DNA from: the human T2T-CHM13v2.0 reference genome, Homo sapiens
Strand: one strand, 5' to 3'
NCBI RefSeq assembly: GCF_009914755.1
Contig: NC_060934.1
Length of the DNA: 64,000 bases
Shown: positions 16,084 through 31,136 of the stretch, one piece after another
Numbering within the stretch: position 1 is the stretch's first letter
Layout: every line of letters starts with the position of its first letter
Notes under the pieces: generated by a model
Told to the model about the DNA's origin: nothing
Database searches by the model: none
The model's input: only the letters and a program-made list of their open reading frames with translations
Translations under genes and position numbers: made by a program

Positions 16084-16284
16084 TTGTCCTTAGTATCAGG
16101 ACAATCTCCAGTGGATTCAACAGAGCATCTGCCGTTTTCTTGAACAAAGGTTTCTGCAATATAGATTTATGGTGTGAGCTTACTGGGTCACATTCTTTGT
16201 TCCTTCTTGGAGCTTTGGGAGGCTTTTATAAAAGAGCTGCTGCAGTAGAAGGACTGAGTTGTGTCACACTGAGGATTTAAGTTT
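16084..16284 (-). pseudogene. Candidate relict exon with two in-frame TAA stops (…KPPKAPRRNKECDPVSSHHK…)
   Basis: Acceptor tttgattctcccatag|A; donor CAA|gtatgt (alternative TAT|gtaagt 4 nt further); 201 nt, phase 1 to 1. Confidence 0.45.
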
Positions 16285-17796
16285 CTATGGGAGAATCAAA
16301 TTCACTTTAGTATAGGGATTTAGTGGGTTTCCCTAGCCTTATTAATAAAATACTAATACGACATGAAAAATGCATACTTTGTCTTACAATAATCCAATTA
16401 AGACACTATTTTTGCATAGCAAAATTCTTTACTAAACACCAGTTGCAAATCAAGTGAAATTGCATTGGCAAGAGGTGATCACACTGCTCTCCTACTCCTG
16501 CCCTTTCCTCCTACTCCAGCTGAAAATACTTGCTGCAAATGTCCTTTTATAGGAGACTTTGACCCCAGGGTATAGAAAAGGAAAGGAAAGGTCACATATA
16601 TATATGTCTTGTCTATAACTGAAACCTAATACCAGCACAAAAGCCTAAAAGGACCGATTTTTAGAGGGCATTGGCAGGAAACTCTTTGCTCTGCTATCAT
16701 CTGTTTTAAGCTACTTTTATACATGATTTATTTTTTCAGCTTCTACTCTGCTACTATTCAACTGCAAATGCAATTTGTTATATTGTACACTTCAACACCT
16801 TGAACAGCATCCTAATTATTAGTGAAATGTATTACGAGTTCATAAAGAAAACAGCATTTTGTTTCTTCAGTCATCTACTTAGGATGAAAGTGTTATTTAG
16901 AAAACAATACATGGGAAAAATGATACATTAAAAATAAAAATTGCATATTAACTTTTTAGATCAAATAAACCAATTTTAAGCATTTTCATGGACCTTTATA
17001 ACCAAAATAAACATTTAAATACAGATAATTTAATTCAGTATTTTGTTTCTTGAAAATATTGGAATATGTGTTTTAGATAATGCATATATTTCTGTTATTG
17101 AAAAATAAGCTTTCAATAGTCAGCTGACTTCATACGTAAATAATAATACCATTTTAAATTTATTCAAGGATTTAGGTGTTCTTAAATATGACTTTATAAC
17201 TTATTTTACTCCCTTAAAGTAAATATTTATGGCATCTGTAAGTCACTGTAAAATTGTAAAATTGGTATAGCATAGTATTCAGATTGCCCTTTGTAATGTT
17301 TTATACTATTCACATTTGTATTTAATCACAAATTTGATACAATTTAGCCAAACCTTCAATACATTTATGAAGAGAGCACTACCGAGACTTTATACAATGG
17401 AATAAAATAACAAAATGTGCTGACAGCATTCTTCCACTCAAAGAGGTATATATATTTTTTATTCTAATTCTTTAATTTTATTTTTTAGCACCCAATGATG
17501 GGGAAAATTACTGGAAGTGTGATTAAGGCTATTATAAGATACATAAACTGTATGGCATAAGCATTCTCAACTCAACTTCACACTCTACATCGTTTTATCA
17601 ACTTAGTATGCCAGCTTTTTAAGTTTGGTGGAATCTGGTATTCGACACCTACATGTCTCTGAATCCCACCCGTGTACTGATGCCAAGATGAACTGAACCA
17701 GGGACGAATTTTTCTCTTATATGGAAACGTGAATATATTCCAAACTGGAGTGAGCTCTCATCAGTGGTTTGCCTATGGTAATTACTTTGTGCCTTG

Positions 17797-18228
17797 TAAT
17801 GGGTCACGTAGTATCCTCATAAGGGTGCGTCTGAGTCCTAGACCCTCTCCCATTCCAATACCTGTAAATATCACCTTATTTTGAAATAGGAGCTTTACAG
17901 ATATAATAAAGATCTCAGGGTGAGATCATCCTGAATTTAGAGTGAGTCATGGGTATTTGGGACACAGAAACACAAGCAAGGTCATGTGAAGATAGAGACA
18001 AAGGTTAGAGTTATGCTGTCACAAGCCAAGGAGTGCCAGGAGCCAACAGAATCTAGAAGAGGCAAGGAAGGATTCTTCCCTAGAGCCGTCAGAGGATGTA
18101 TGGCTCTGCCTCCACCTTGATTTTGGTCTTCTGGCCTCTATAATTGAGATTTTTTTTTCTTTTTTTACTATTTTAAGCCACAAATTTTGTAGCAATTTCT
18201 TTTGGCAGCACTAGGAAACTAGTTAATA
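17797..18228 (+). mobile_element. MLT1-type MaLR LTR
   Basis: tacctgtaaatatcaccttatt…gtcatgtgaagatagag…acaagccaagga…ctagaagaggcaaggaaggattcttccctagagcc…gcagcactaggaaact. Confidence 0.75.
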
Positions 18229-18447
18229 CCTCTATTATTTGGTTAAACAAAGAACACTATTAAGTATTTTTAAAACAATGTACATCAGTGTTGATTATGG
18301 TAAGCATACAGTTTATAATCAGATAGGTTTCTGTGTAAAATTTCATGTTATTATATTGATTTGTTTTAACCATACAAGACTTGCTTGGATGTGGTACCAT
18401 TGAATACCAACCATCCCCATTCCCTCCTGTCCCACAGCTTTTTGAAA

Positions 18448-18835
18448 TGTATGGGGCTTTGTTCTAGACTGAACATTCCTTTTCCCTCAAATTTCATATG
18501 TTAAAGCCCTACCCCACAATGTGACAGTGTTGGGAAGTGAGGCCTTTGAGAATTAATTAGGTTTAGACAAAGTCATGAGCGTAGGGCCCTCATCAATGGA
18601 ATTAGTGTCCTTAGAAGAACAAGAAGAGAGTCTATAGAGTGCTCTCTCTCTCTCTCTCTTTCTCTCTCTATCTGCTATGTGAGGATACAGCAAGCCGGGA
18701 AGAGGACCCTCACCAGGAAACAAATTTGCTAGCACCTTAATCTTGCACTTTCCAGCTTCTACAATTGTGAGAAATGTCTGTTGTGTAAGCAATTCAGTCC
18801 ATGATATTTTGTTATAGAAGCCTGGACTGACTGAT
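18448..18835 (+). mobile_element. MLT1A/MST-type MaLR LTR
   Basis: aaatttcatatgttaaagccctacccc…ggcctttgagaattaattaggtttaga…ccctcaccagga…ttttgttatag. Confidence 0.7.
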
Positions 18836-19436
18836 AAAGGCTGGAACATGCTGGAGAGATGGTACAAAAACTAATTTTAGAAAAATATTTTAAGTTGTAA
18901 GATCTGAAGCAGAAGTCACTTACATATTACCATTTACATCACCAAATTACTCCATTTACAGTATAAATTAAGGAAATTTATGTTTTATTCAAGCCTTTTA
19001 AAATCAGCACACCCACCTTGCAGAAGTAATTAATAACCCATGATTATTAATTATGTTTGCCAAGTTAATTTTCATCCAGTATTACTTTCAGGGAAAGTTT
19101 GAAATTGATGAATCATCTCCCTTTTGAGATGTCACTTGTAGAACTAAAGGCTACCTATAATTTCTGTAATTGCTACTCTTCAATGGAACTTTAAACTTCT
19201 AAGAAAAATATTTCAATATATTGTTAAATTGACTTCAATGACTAAGATTGTGGTGGAGAGGATATTTCCCCAAACTAACTCTTTCTCTGACACTTAGGGG
19301 TTCATTGTAATAGTAACACCTTGCTAGCAATCATCTGCTAGTGATTTGCTCATGGAAGAAGAAGGCTAAGGAAATTTAGGTTTGATGACCTTTTTCAGAG
19401 TTTCTGGGAAAGCAAAACCTTCTCTCTACTACTCAC

Positions 19437-19597
19437 TGCAAACAAGCATGTTGTGCAAGCTACTGCTGCCAACCAGGTCACATCCATTAGTGAAGTCAAT
19501 GCTGTGGAGAGAGACATTCAAACCTGGGTCACTGATAGTATCATTTTCAATTTCTGACCCAATCAATTCTGGGGCTTCCAATTCCTCTCTCCATGGT
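19437..19597 (-). pseudogene. Candidate relict coding exon (PWREELEAPELIGSEIENDTISDPGLNVSLHSIDFTNGCDLVGSSSLHNMLVC)
   Basis: Acceptor tattatttcacataag|A; donor GCA|gtgagt; 161 nt, open in phase 2 to 1, in frame with the 21942-22045 exon. Confidence 0.55.
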
Positions 19598-19725
19598 CTT
19601 ATGTGAAATAATACATTTTTTAAACTGTTGAAGTCATATTGAGCTGAAATTTCCCTTAATTACAACTCTTACTATTTTAACTATTTATGCTAAGTTTCTT
19701 TGTTCCAGAAAAAGTACTTTAACTC

Positions 19726-20080
<355 letters not shown>

Positions 20081-21941
20081 TCAGTTTCACAGAAAAATTA
20101 AGAGGAAGACATAGAGATTTACCATATATATGTAGTAATATATATTATATATGGTAATATACCATATATTACTATATATATATAAAAAGCATGTGGAGGC
20201 AGGGTATATTACATATATATATATACACACACACACACCCTGACATAATATATATATATATACACACACACCCCCTGACATAATGTGTATATATAATATA
20301 AGATATATTATATATTGTATTATATATGTAATATATCCTGCCTCCACATGCATGGCCTACTTCATTATCAATATCTTCCTCCAGAGTGGTACGACTGTTA
20401 AAATTGCCTCTACATTAATACAATTTTATTACCCAGTGGTAAATATACATAACATAAAAGGTACCATTTAATCATTTTCAATTCTAAAACTCAGTGATAT
20501 TGAATACATTCACAATGTTCTATAATGAACACTGTTTTCATAACTTTTCTATCAAATCAAACAGAAGTTCTGTACCATTAAGCACTAATTCTCCATTCCC
20601 CTTGCCCCAGCCTCCATGCCCTGGAAACATGCAATCTGCATTCCCTCTGCATGAATTTGACTATTCATGATCTTTCATATAAGTAGAATCATATACTGTT
20701 TGTCCTTTTGTGTCTGGCTTATTTTATTTAGCATAATGTTTTCAAGGTTTATCCATGTTGTAAACATGTATCAGAACATCATTCCCTTTTTATGGCTAAA
20801 TAATCTTCCCTTGTATGTACATGCCACATTTTGTTTATCTACACATACAGGTTTGTTTTCACTTTTTGACTCTTGTGAATAAGAATGAGTGATGGTATCT
20901 GGTGTGTGCATACAGCCATTTTCTTACTAAAGGCCAATAGCATCAAGCAGTCTACTAATGGTTGTTATTTATCTGATTAGGATCCAGAGTTCCAAAAAGG
21001 TTAATTCTTATTTTTTCCAGTTTAATGGCAGTTTTTGTGGAGGGATTGACTTCTATAACTCCCTATTCCAATCTTCTAAAATCCACTTTAAAAGAATGGT
21101 TTAAATTGTGTGCTTGTAGGATGAAATTGATAAACAATTATTTTAATAACTTTCAAAATTACATCATAGAGATAATGTCCTTTGACTATTGGGTGTTCAC
21201 ATATTTGGCATGTTATGAACAACTTTCTGGAAGATAAAGGCCTTTTATCTCATACTTAATATTAAGACAGGAACCAGTGTGCTAGCAATGGCTTTTGGGT
21301 TTGATGTGATATATTTGTATGTAATGATTTTTTAAAACTTAGAGAGAAAAATCCTCTCATACAAAACAAAATAGTTTTTACTGTTATGAGAAAGTAGTTA
21401 TTAATTACTTATAAAACATGCAAGTATCTTTATGATATTTGGTGATTTATTTTTCTCCAGCCATCTTGTCTTGTTGTTAGTGGGGAAAAAAATAGGGATG
21501 CTCTTTATCTATGAAAATGTGAAAAGTATATACACATTTTAACTATACATGGTTTCCCTAAAAATTCTTCTTCTGTTTTTAATCCTCTAAAATGATCATT
21601 GATATGTACAAATAAATACTGATGATAGCAACTGAAGGATCATTTTTGCTGTTATCAGAAATTGAAAATACTGTAACAGTCTATCAATAGAGAAATGGTT
21701 ATGTACATTATGATACATAGCATATGTCCATATTTAGAATACGTACCAAATGTATACAACAAAGTACAATGAATACATGATTATACTAAGATGGATAGGC
21801 ATGGATCCACATATTACTCTGTTTGTACATGGTCTTTTCCAAACAGAAATACAATGTAAGAAAGAAGAAAAGAAAAATAAAGAGAAAGAGAATAAAGGCG
21901 ACAAAATAAAATATAAACCAGGATGCATAAGCTGGTCTCAC

Positions 21942-22045
21942 CTTAGGGCTGGAACACCAGTAAAGCTTCTCTTCTCTGGAAAAAGTTTAGGTCTCTGAAG
22001 TTTTCTCAGTACATCATAACTGACAGCAGCAGGAATATGGTTTTG
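21942..22045 (-). pseudogene. Candidate relict coding exon (QNHIPAAVSYDVLRKLQRPKLFPEKRSFTGVPALR)
   Basis: Strong acceptor tttttctgttgcctttag|C and donor AAG|gtgaga; 104 nt, open in phase 0 to 2; non-repeat sequence. Confidence 0.55.
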
Positions 22046-22538
22046 CTAAAGGCAACAGAAAAACAAAACAGTCTCAAGATTTAAATATTAATCCAAAGGT
22101 TAAACTTTTTACCTTAATGTTGCTGCTTTCTGTATGCACATCCCACAGGATGTAGGAAGGTGGAAAGGATGAAGGAATGTGGAAAATGTAGAAAATTAGA
22201 AAATAAGGTAAATTTAAAAGGTAATACGACTAACATTCATTCATTCACATTAAGCTCCTACCTTGTACCACATTGTATTGTAGACACTGCGGATATAGCA
22301 GTGAAAAAAAGAAAATAAAGAAAAATATGCCTTTTTGGAGCTTACATTCTCTTGGAAGGAGATGTGTAACAACATAAATAATTAAACTACATAATATGTT
22401 AAGTGTTGCTAAGTGCTATGGAGGAAAGTAAAGCAGACAAAGCAAATAAAGAACACGAGGAGGAGATATAATTTTAAGTAGGGAAATAAGGAAGGCATGA
22501 CGGAGACAGTAGCATTTGAGTGAAAGACTTGAAGAAGG

Positions 22539-22917
22539 TGATATGGTTTGACTGGGTCCCCCACTAAATCTAAAGCTTGAATGGTAGTTCCCATAATCCC
22601 CACATGTCATGGGAGGGACCTGGTGGGAGACAATTGAATCATGGGGGCAGTTACCCCCACGTTGCTGTTCTTGTGATATGAATGAATTCTCATGTTCTCT
22701 GAGGGTTTTATCAGGGTTTTTTCCCCCATTTTGCTTGGCACTTCTCCTTGCTGCCACCACGTGAAGAAGGATGTGTTGCTTCCCCTTCCACCATGGCTGT
22801 AAGTTTCCTGAGGTCTCACCAGCTGTGCAGAACTGTGACTCAATTAAAACTCTTTCCTTTATAAATTACCCAGTCTAGGATATGTTTTTATTAGCAGCAT
22901 GAGAAGGAACTAATCCA
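22539..22917 (+). mobile_element. THE1/MST solo LTR inserted in L2
   Basis: tgatatggtttg…cccataatccccacatgtcatgggagggacctggtggg…ctctttcctttataaattacccagtct…ttattagcagcatgaga. Confidence 0.85.
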
Positions 22918-23002
22918 GGAGATAAGGAAACAATTCAGGGGGGAATTTGAAGACAGGTGTTTTGAGTCAGAGAAACCATGTACAAAGCATCTAATGTGAG
23001 AG

Positions 23003-23370
23003 TGCTATGGTCTGAATGTTGACAACCCCCCCCCATTACTGTTGAAATGTAATTCACAGTATGATACTATTAAAAGTTAAGGTCTTTGGAAGGTGATTAT
23101 GTCATGAATACAGAGCCTTCATGAAGGAGATTGGTGCCTTTATAAAGGATGCCTGAGGGGGTTGGTTTGTCCCTTCCACCATATGACGACTCCACCATGT
23201 GAAGAAGAAGATGGGTCTATGAACTAGGAAATAGGGCCTCATCATATATGGAATATGTGAGCACTTTGATCTGGGACTTAGCTTCCAGAACTGTGAAAAA
23301 TAAATTTCTGTCATTTATAAGCTACTTAGTCTACGGTATTTTGTTATAGCTGCTCGAATGGGCTAACACA
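23003..23370 (+). mobile_element. MLT1A-type LTR
   Basis: tgctatggtctgaatgtt…ttccagaactgtgaaaaataaatttctg…ggtattttgttatagc…ctaacaca. Confidence 0.75.
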
Positions 23371-24999
23371 GAGACAATTCCCAGCCTGCCCAAAGAGCAC
23401 CAGGAAGTGTTGGGTACAGCAAAGCTGGAACAGAGGCATGAGGGGAAGAGCAACAGGGCTGTAATCAAAGAGGTGTGCCTGGTGGGGAGCATGAGTAGAG
23501 CTGTATAATCTGTACAATAATGACTCAGAGTGGAATTAGAAGTCCTTAAAAGTGAGTGAGCAGAGTGGCATGATCTCCATGATACTATGTTATATTCTTG
23601 CTTGGGTATTGAGAATAGACTGAGGGTGAGGGCTAATGCAGAAGCAGGAAGGGGGATAAAAATTCAGATGAGACATGATTTTGGCTTGGCCTGGGTGGAT
23701 AACAGCAGTAGTAAAAATTATTTAAATGTTTTGAAGGTGGGTTTGCTGAGAAGTAAAGGATGTGTGGAGAAAACTGGATTGAGAATTGTGTAAGGACTGT
23801 ATTGTATATTGTATGAGAGTGTAGATCCAGGATGAGTCACAGTATTTTTGAAGTTGTAGTAAATGGAATGAACTAGAAAGATAGAAGTTAATGTTCAGAA
23901 GGCAGGAGACTTAAAAGTTAGATTGTAAAAATTTGCAATTAGGAGTAATAACGTGGTTTGAGCTGAGATCATGAGATTGAATAGCTAGATACTGAAGATA
24001 GCAAGTACATTGGAAATGACGAGGTCAAATGTCAAAGAAGATAAGTAATTTAAATGAGACATCAAAATAATGGCAGTTAAGTCAGGTTGTAAAGACTGCA
24101 AAGAATGAGGGAAAGTGACTAAACATTGGGAGAGTGATCAATATAATCAAATGGTATGAGATTCTAAGCTGGAGGGGTTTGAGGAGAAGGAAGTAGAAGT
24201 ATTCTGCAAGAGGACACTTATTTTACTTCTAGAGGCAGTGGTTAGAGCGCTGAGGGTGAGAACTAGTCTGCACTTAGGGGGCGACATGAGAAGCAGCAGC
24301 ATCAGTGAGAGACAGATGACAATAAGAATGAAAATGTAAAGGGAAAATTGAGAAACTTATAAAAATTGAGATTCTTCTATGCACTCTGTACGTTTCTTAC
24401 AGAAGCTTTCAACGCATTTAATTTCATTTAAATCTTGCAATACTCTTGAGAGATATTATCATTCCCTTTTTACCAAAAAAGGCTGAATGGGCAAGATCAC
24501 ATAAAATCACATAAATAATAGAAGTCAAAAGTATGACTTTAACCCATCTAGTGTTATAAGAACCACATAATCTTCAGTAAGTTGAAAGTATCTTAATTAA
24601 ATTTAAAAAATTAATAAAAATTTTTTCAAAAGATGTATTCAAGTTATCAATTTGAAGAAAAATGAACATATTACTTAGAAACAGCCCTGGATTACAGTCC
24701 CAATTATATCACTTAATAATTGTGTGGTTTAGGTAAGCCATGTAAAGTTGCTGTACTACTTAAATTTAAAATAAAGACAATTTTACCTAAACATAAAATT
24801 GTTGTAATGTTATTGTGCAGTTATAAATCACTTATTAAATTATAAATTTATGATAAGTATTAAACAGAATACTCAATTTTAAGCCATAAGGTCTTCTATT
24901 AGAAAAATATTCAAATATAATGTGATACATCACTCATTTTTATAAAGAAAAATATAAATTTAATTATAGCCTTAATAAAAAATTTTGGAGGTGCATTAC

Positions 25000-27090
<2,091 letters not shown>

Positions 27091-29607
27091 GAGATATTAA
27101 GACTAATGAAAATGCTAATTATAATAGATTCTCAGGTCCTAGCCAAAGCTTTTGTATACTGGGATCTCTTGAGATCTAGGTCATTTAAAGGTAATAGACG
27201 ATCAGTACTGATGAATTTGTTTTCTTTTTCTATCCAGTGATTCTCAACCTTTGTTCCATATTAGAAACAAGTGGTTTGCTTGCTTGCTTCTTTTTGTCTT
27301 TGCTTTTAGTAGCACTGCCTCAATCCTACCTTCAAAAATTCTAATTTGATAACCTGGACATCAGGATTTTTGGGGAGAAGGGGACAGGGTCTCACTCTAT
27401 CACCTGGGCTAGTGTACAGTGGCATGATCACAGCTCATTGCAGCCTCAAACTCCTGGGCTTGAGGGATCCTTCTGCCTCAACCTCTCACATAGCTTGAAT
27501 TACAGGTGTGAGCCACCATGCCTGGTGACACTGGGATTTTAATGGGTCTCTGGGTGAGTCTAATATAAAGCCAAGTTTGGGAATCATTGACAAGCTCCAA
27601 AAGCCTGGAAAAAATGTATACATGAAGATAGAGATTAGTGTTACTCTCTCCTTGGATGAAAACCCCTGACAAGTTTTATTGATTTATTGGGAAACAACAT
27701 TGGAAGCAGTTTCTCCTCTGCCTCTTTAATCCCTTGGCCAACGCAATCTTGAGTTAAGCGCAGTCTCACTATTAAGTCTTGTAGGGTGAATACATCTTTA
27801 CTTCCAGTTTTCATCCACTTTATCTTCATCTCGGAGAATTATTGTGAAAAAAAAAAGTTCTCAGTGTATAACTCATATTAAGTAAAAGACATGTAATACA
27901 TTGTAATAATTCAGCAAATATTGCTTGTGGTGTTTTACCTACTTTACACATGTGGAAAATTTAAGGAAAAATTTTAAATAGTTCTACATTATTTTCATAG
28001 AAGAATCACAGTAAAATAAGAACTTTGCAAGTCCACATTTTACTACGTTGCATTATTTGAAAAGAAAACTAATTTTGAAGTGTCTGATGATTTCAAAACA
28101 CGGTTCACTATTATTTCATTAGTGAAAGAAGATGCATGCGAGCATTTGAAATAGAATTTTTAACATTGACTTAGATACTTTCTCTAAATGTATTAGACAT
28201 AAAAGTAAATAGTATTTATATATTTGTTTGTAAGATGCTATAATTTTAAATTTAAATGTCTATGTAGCTTTTTCTGAAGGAAGCTGCTCTGACATTGTGG
28301 AAGCAATTTGGGGACATTTCTCTTACTTGATTGATTCTTTTCTTATCCAGATGCTACCCATTTTCAAGATTGCACAAACTCCACTTCTATAAGGGAACTC
28401 AGCCCACAAGGCTCTCATGTACATCAGTAACATCTATATCTTTACTGAATTACATATGCCTTGCCCTATCAAATGAAATTATGTACCACGAAGTCAGGAT
28501 CATATCTCAACTCTTCTGTAAACTCCACAATGCATAGCATAGTGTTACTCATGGAAAAATCAAATACTTGTGATTGAAATGGGTTAACATTCTTCTCATG
28601 TTAAGGAACATACTTCTTTAATTGTACCTGTTGTTATGCCGGGTGTAAGACTTATTCTTTTCTCCAGAGTTGATATCAATAATTTAAAAACATATAGGAA
28701 TTGGAGATAAATGGGGAAACAAACAATTTATGAAGGTCAAAACTATGAAGTAAATTTCAGTTCATGGTTATTTGGTAGAAATACTAGGTTGGAGAGTATG
28801 GTTCACATTTGAGACCAAATTAAATATTATTTAATAGATTTCTTTCACACTTAGTTGAAGGAAAGCATGCAGTAAAAACCTAGCTTGACCAAAAACCTGA
28901 CTTGCTCTTGGCAAAAATTGTGGTGGAGACTGAGAGAGAGAGAGAGAATGAATAACCTCTACCCTGTGGGAGGGTCTTTCCATTGCAAATGACGCAAGTA
29001 GAGAATCTGATGAATCCGAGCCTAGGAAAGTCAAAAAGGAAGCAGATTGGCATCCAGTCATTGAAGACAATAAACCTGAACACTAAGAAGACATGATTAA
29101 ATAAATGTCAGGTTCTGAACAATTAAACTGGTTACTTCTGTTACATTGAAGTAAGGAGAGAATACCTTGGAGTCTAACACAGTTTTCCAAATAAAAAGAT
29201 AATGAGGCAGAAGATGACACTTTGTTTACTAAATTTTCTAGTTCATATTGAATAGTTTAATTAGAACTTGAAAGCCAAGGTCTCAGGGAACCATTTTTAA
29301 AGTGCTTTTCAAAGAGCTAATATTAAAATAATTATATGTAAATAACAAATAATTAGATATGAGGCTCACAAATGAAATATTTATGTTCATATAATATGGC
29401 TAATGTATGGTAACAATAGTATTAAATCTATAGATCTATGATGGGAGAATTACTAGAAAAACAAGAGTAGGTCTCCCAATCCATGAGCATGGAATGATTT
29501 TCCATTTGCTTAGGTTATTAGTTTTCAGCATACAATTCTTACACATATTTTGCTAAATGTATTTCCAAGGGTTTATTTGTATAGTATTGTGAATATAATT
29601 ATTATCT

Positions 29608-29913
29608 TAATTTTTTTAAGAGATAGAGTGTCTTTCTCTATCTACCAGGCTGGAGTGCAGTAACTTGCAATCATAGTTCACTGCAACCTTGAACTCCTGG
29701 CTCAAGTGACCTTCCTGCCTCAACGTCCTGAGTACCTAGGACTGAGAGGTGAATGCCACCATGCCTGGCTAATTTAAAAAAATAATAAATTCATAGAGAA
29801 GAGGATCTGTCTTTGTTGCCCAGGCTGGTTCTGAACTCCTGGCCTCAAGTAAGCCTCCTGACTTGGCCTCCCAAGGCACTGGGATTACAGGCCTGAGCTA
29901 TTGAGCCCAGCCA
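29608..29913 (-). mobile_element. AluJ
   Basis: Diverged two-arm Alu on minus. Confidence 0.85.
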
Positions 29914-30819
29914 CTTCCATTTCCTGATGGCTTTATTGATGTATTCTTCATTGTATTGACTATAACTTCCAGTGCAATATTGGATAGAATTAGGAAGAGT
30001 AAATTTTATAGACATCTTTGGCACGTCACCAATTTTGAGGGGCAAATATCCAGTCTTTCACCATTAGCTATGCTGTAAAATGTAGTGTTTTTGGTTGTTG
30101 TTGTTGTTGATGTCCTCTATCAGGTTGAAGAATTTCCATTCTTTTTTTTTTATTAATTCACATTAGATTCTGTCAAATCCTTTTCCTGCATCATTGAGAT
30201 AATCATTTCATTTTAGTTCATTTTATAACATAGTATATTACATTACATTTTGTATTTAAAATACAAAAACAGTCTTGCATTTCTGGGATTAATTTCACTT
30301 AGTCATGGAGTGCAATCATTTTTATATATGGTTGAATTTAGTTTGATAATATTTTATTGGAGATTTTTGTGTCTATATCTGTGAGGTATATGGATCTGTA
30401 ATTTAATTTTTATTTTTTTCTTTTTAAAAATTTTTTTCTTTCTCTTTTCATTTTTGCTTTTGAATATAGGCCTTATAACATCAATTGGGAAGTTTCTTTT
30501 TCTATTTTCTGAGTATGTGTATCATTTCTTCATTGAATATGCAAAATAACTTACCAGTGAAGTCATGTGGTCCTGTATATTTCCTTATGAAAGACTTTTA
30601 ATTGCTAATTCGACATATTTATTCAGATTTTCTATTCATTTTTATTTCAGCTGTGGTAATTTATATATTTTTAAGACTTTCTACCTTAAATATAAGTTGT
30701 ATAATTTGTGGTCACAAAGTGTTTCATAGTATTTCCCTTATAATTCATATATTTGGATGGGATGGGGGAGGATTGGTAGTAGTAACCTTTGCTCCTGATT
30801 TTGGTAATCAACACATTAT

Positions 30820-31136
30820 CTCTTTTTTCTTTCTTTTTTTTTTTTCTTTCTTTTTTGAGACAGAGTTTTGCTGCTGTCGCCTAGGCTGGAGTGCAATAGC
30901 AGGATGTGGGTTCACTGTAACCTCCGCCTCCTGGGTTCAAGTAATTCTGCCTCAGCCTCCTGAGTAGCTGGGATTACAAGCACCCGCCACCATGCCTGGC
31001 TAATTTTTGTATTGTTAGTAGAGATGGGGTTTCACCACGTTGGCCAGGCTAGTCACGAACTCCTGGCCTCAAGTGATCCACCCGCCTCGGCCTCCCAAAG
31101 TGTTGGGATTACAGGGGTAAGCCACCATGCCCGGCC
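30820..31136 (-). mobile_element. AluS
   Basis: Two-arm Alu on minus, within L1M remnants spanning ~29470-32350. Confidence 0.9.
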
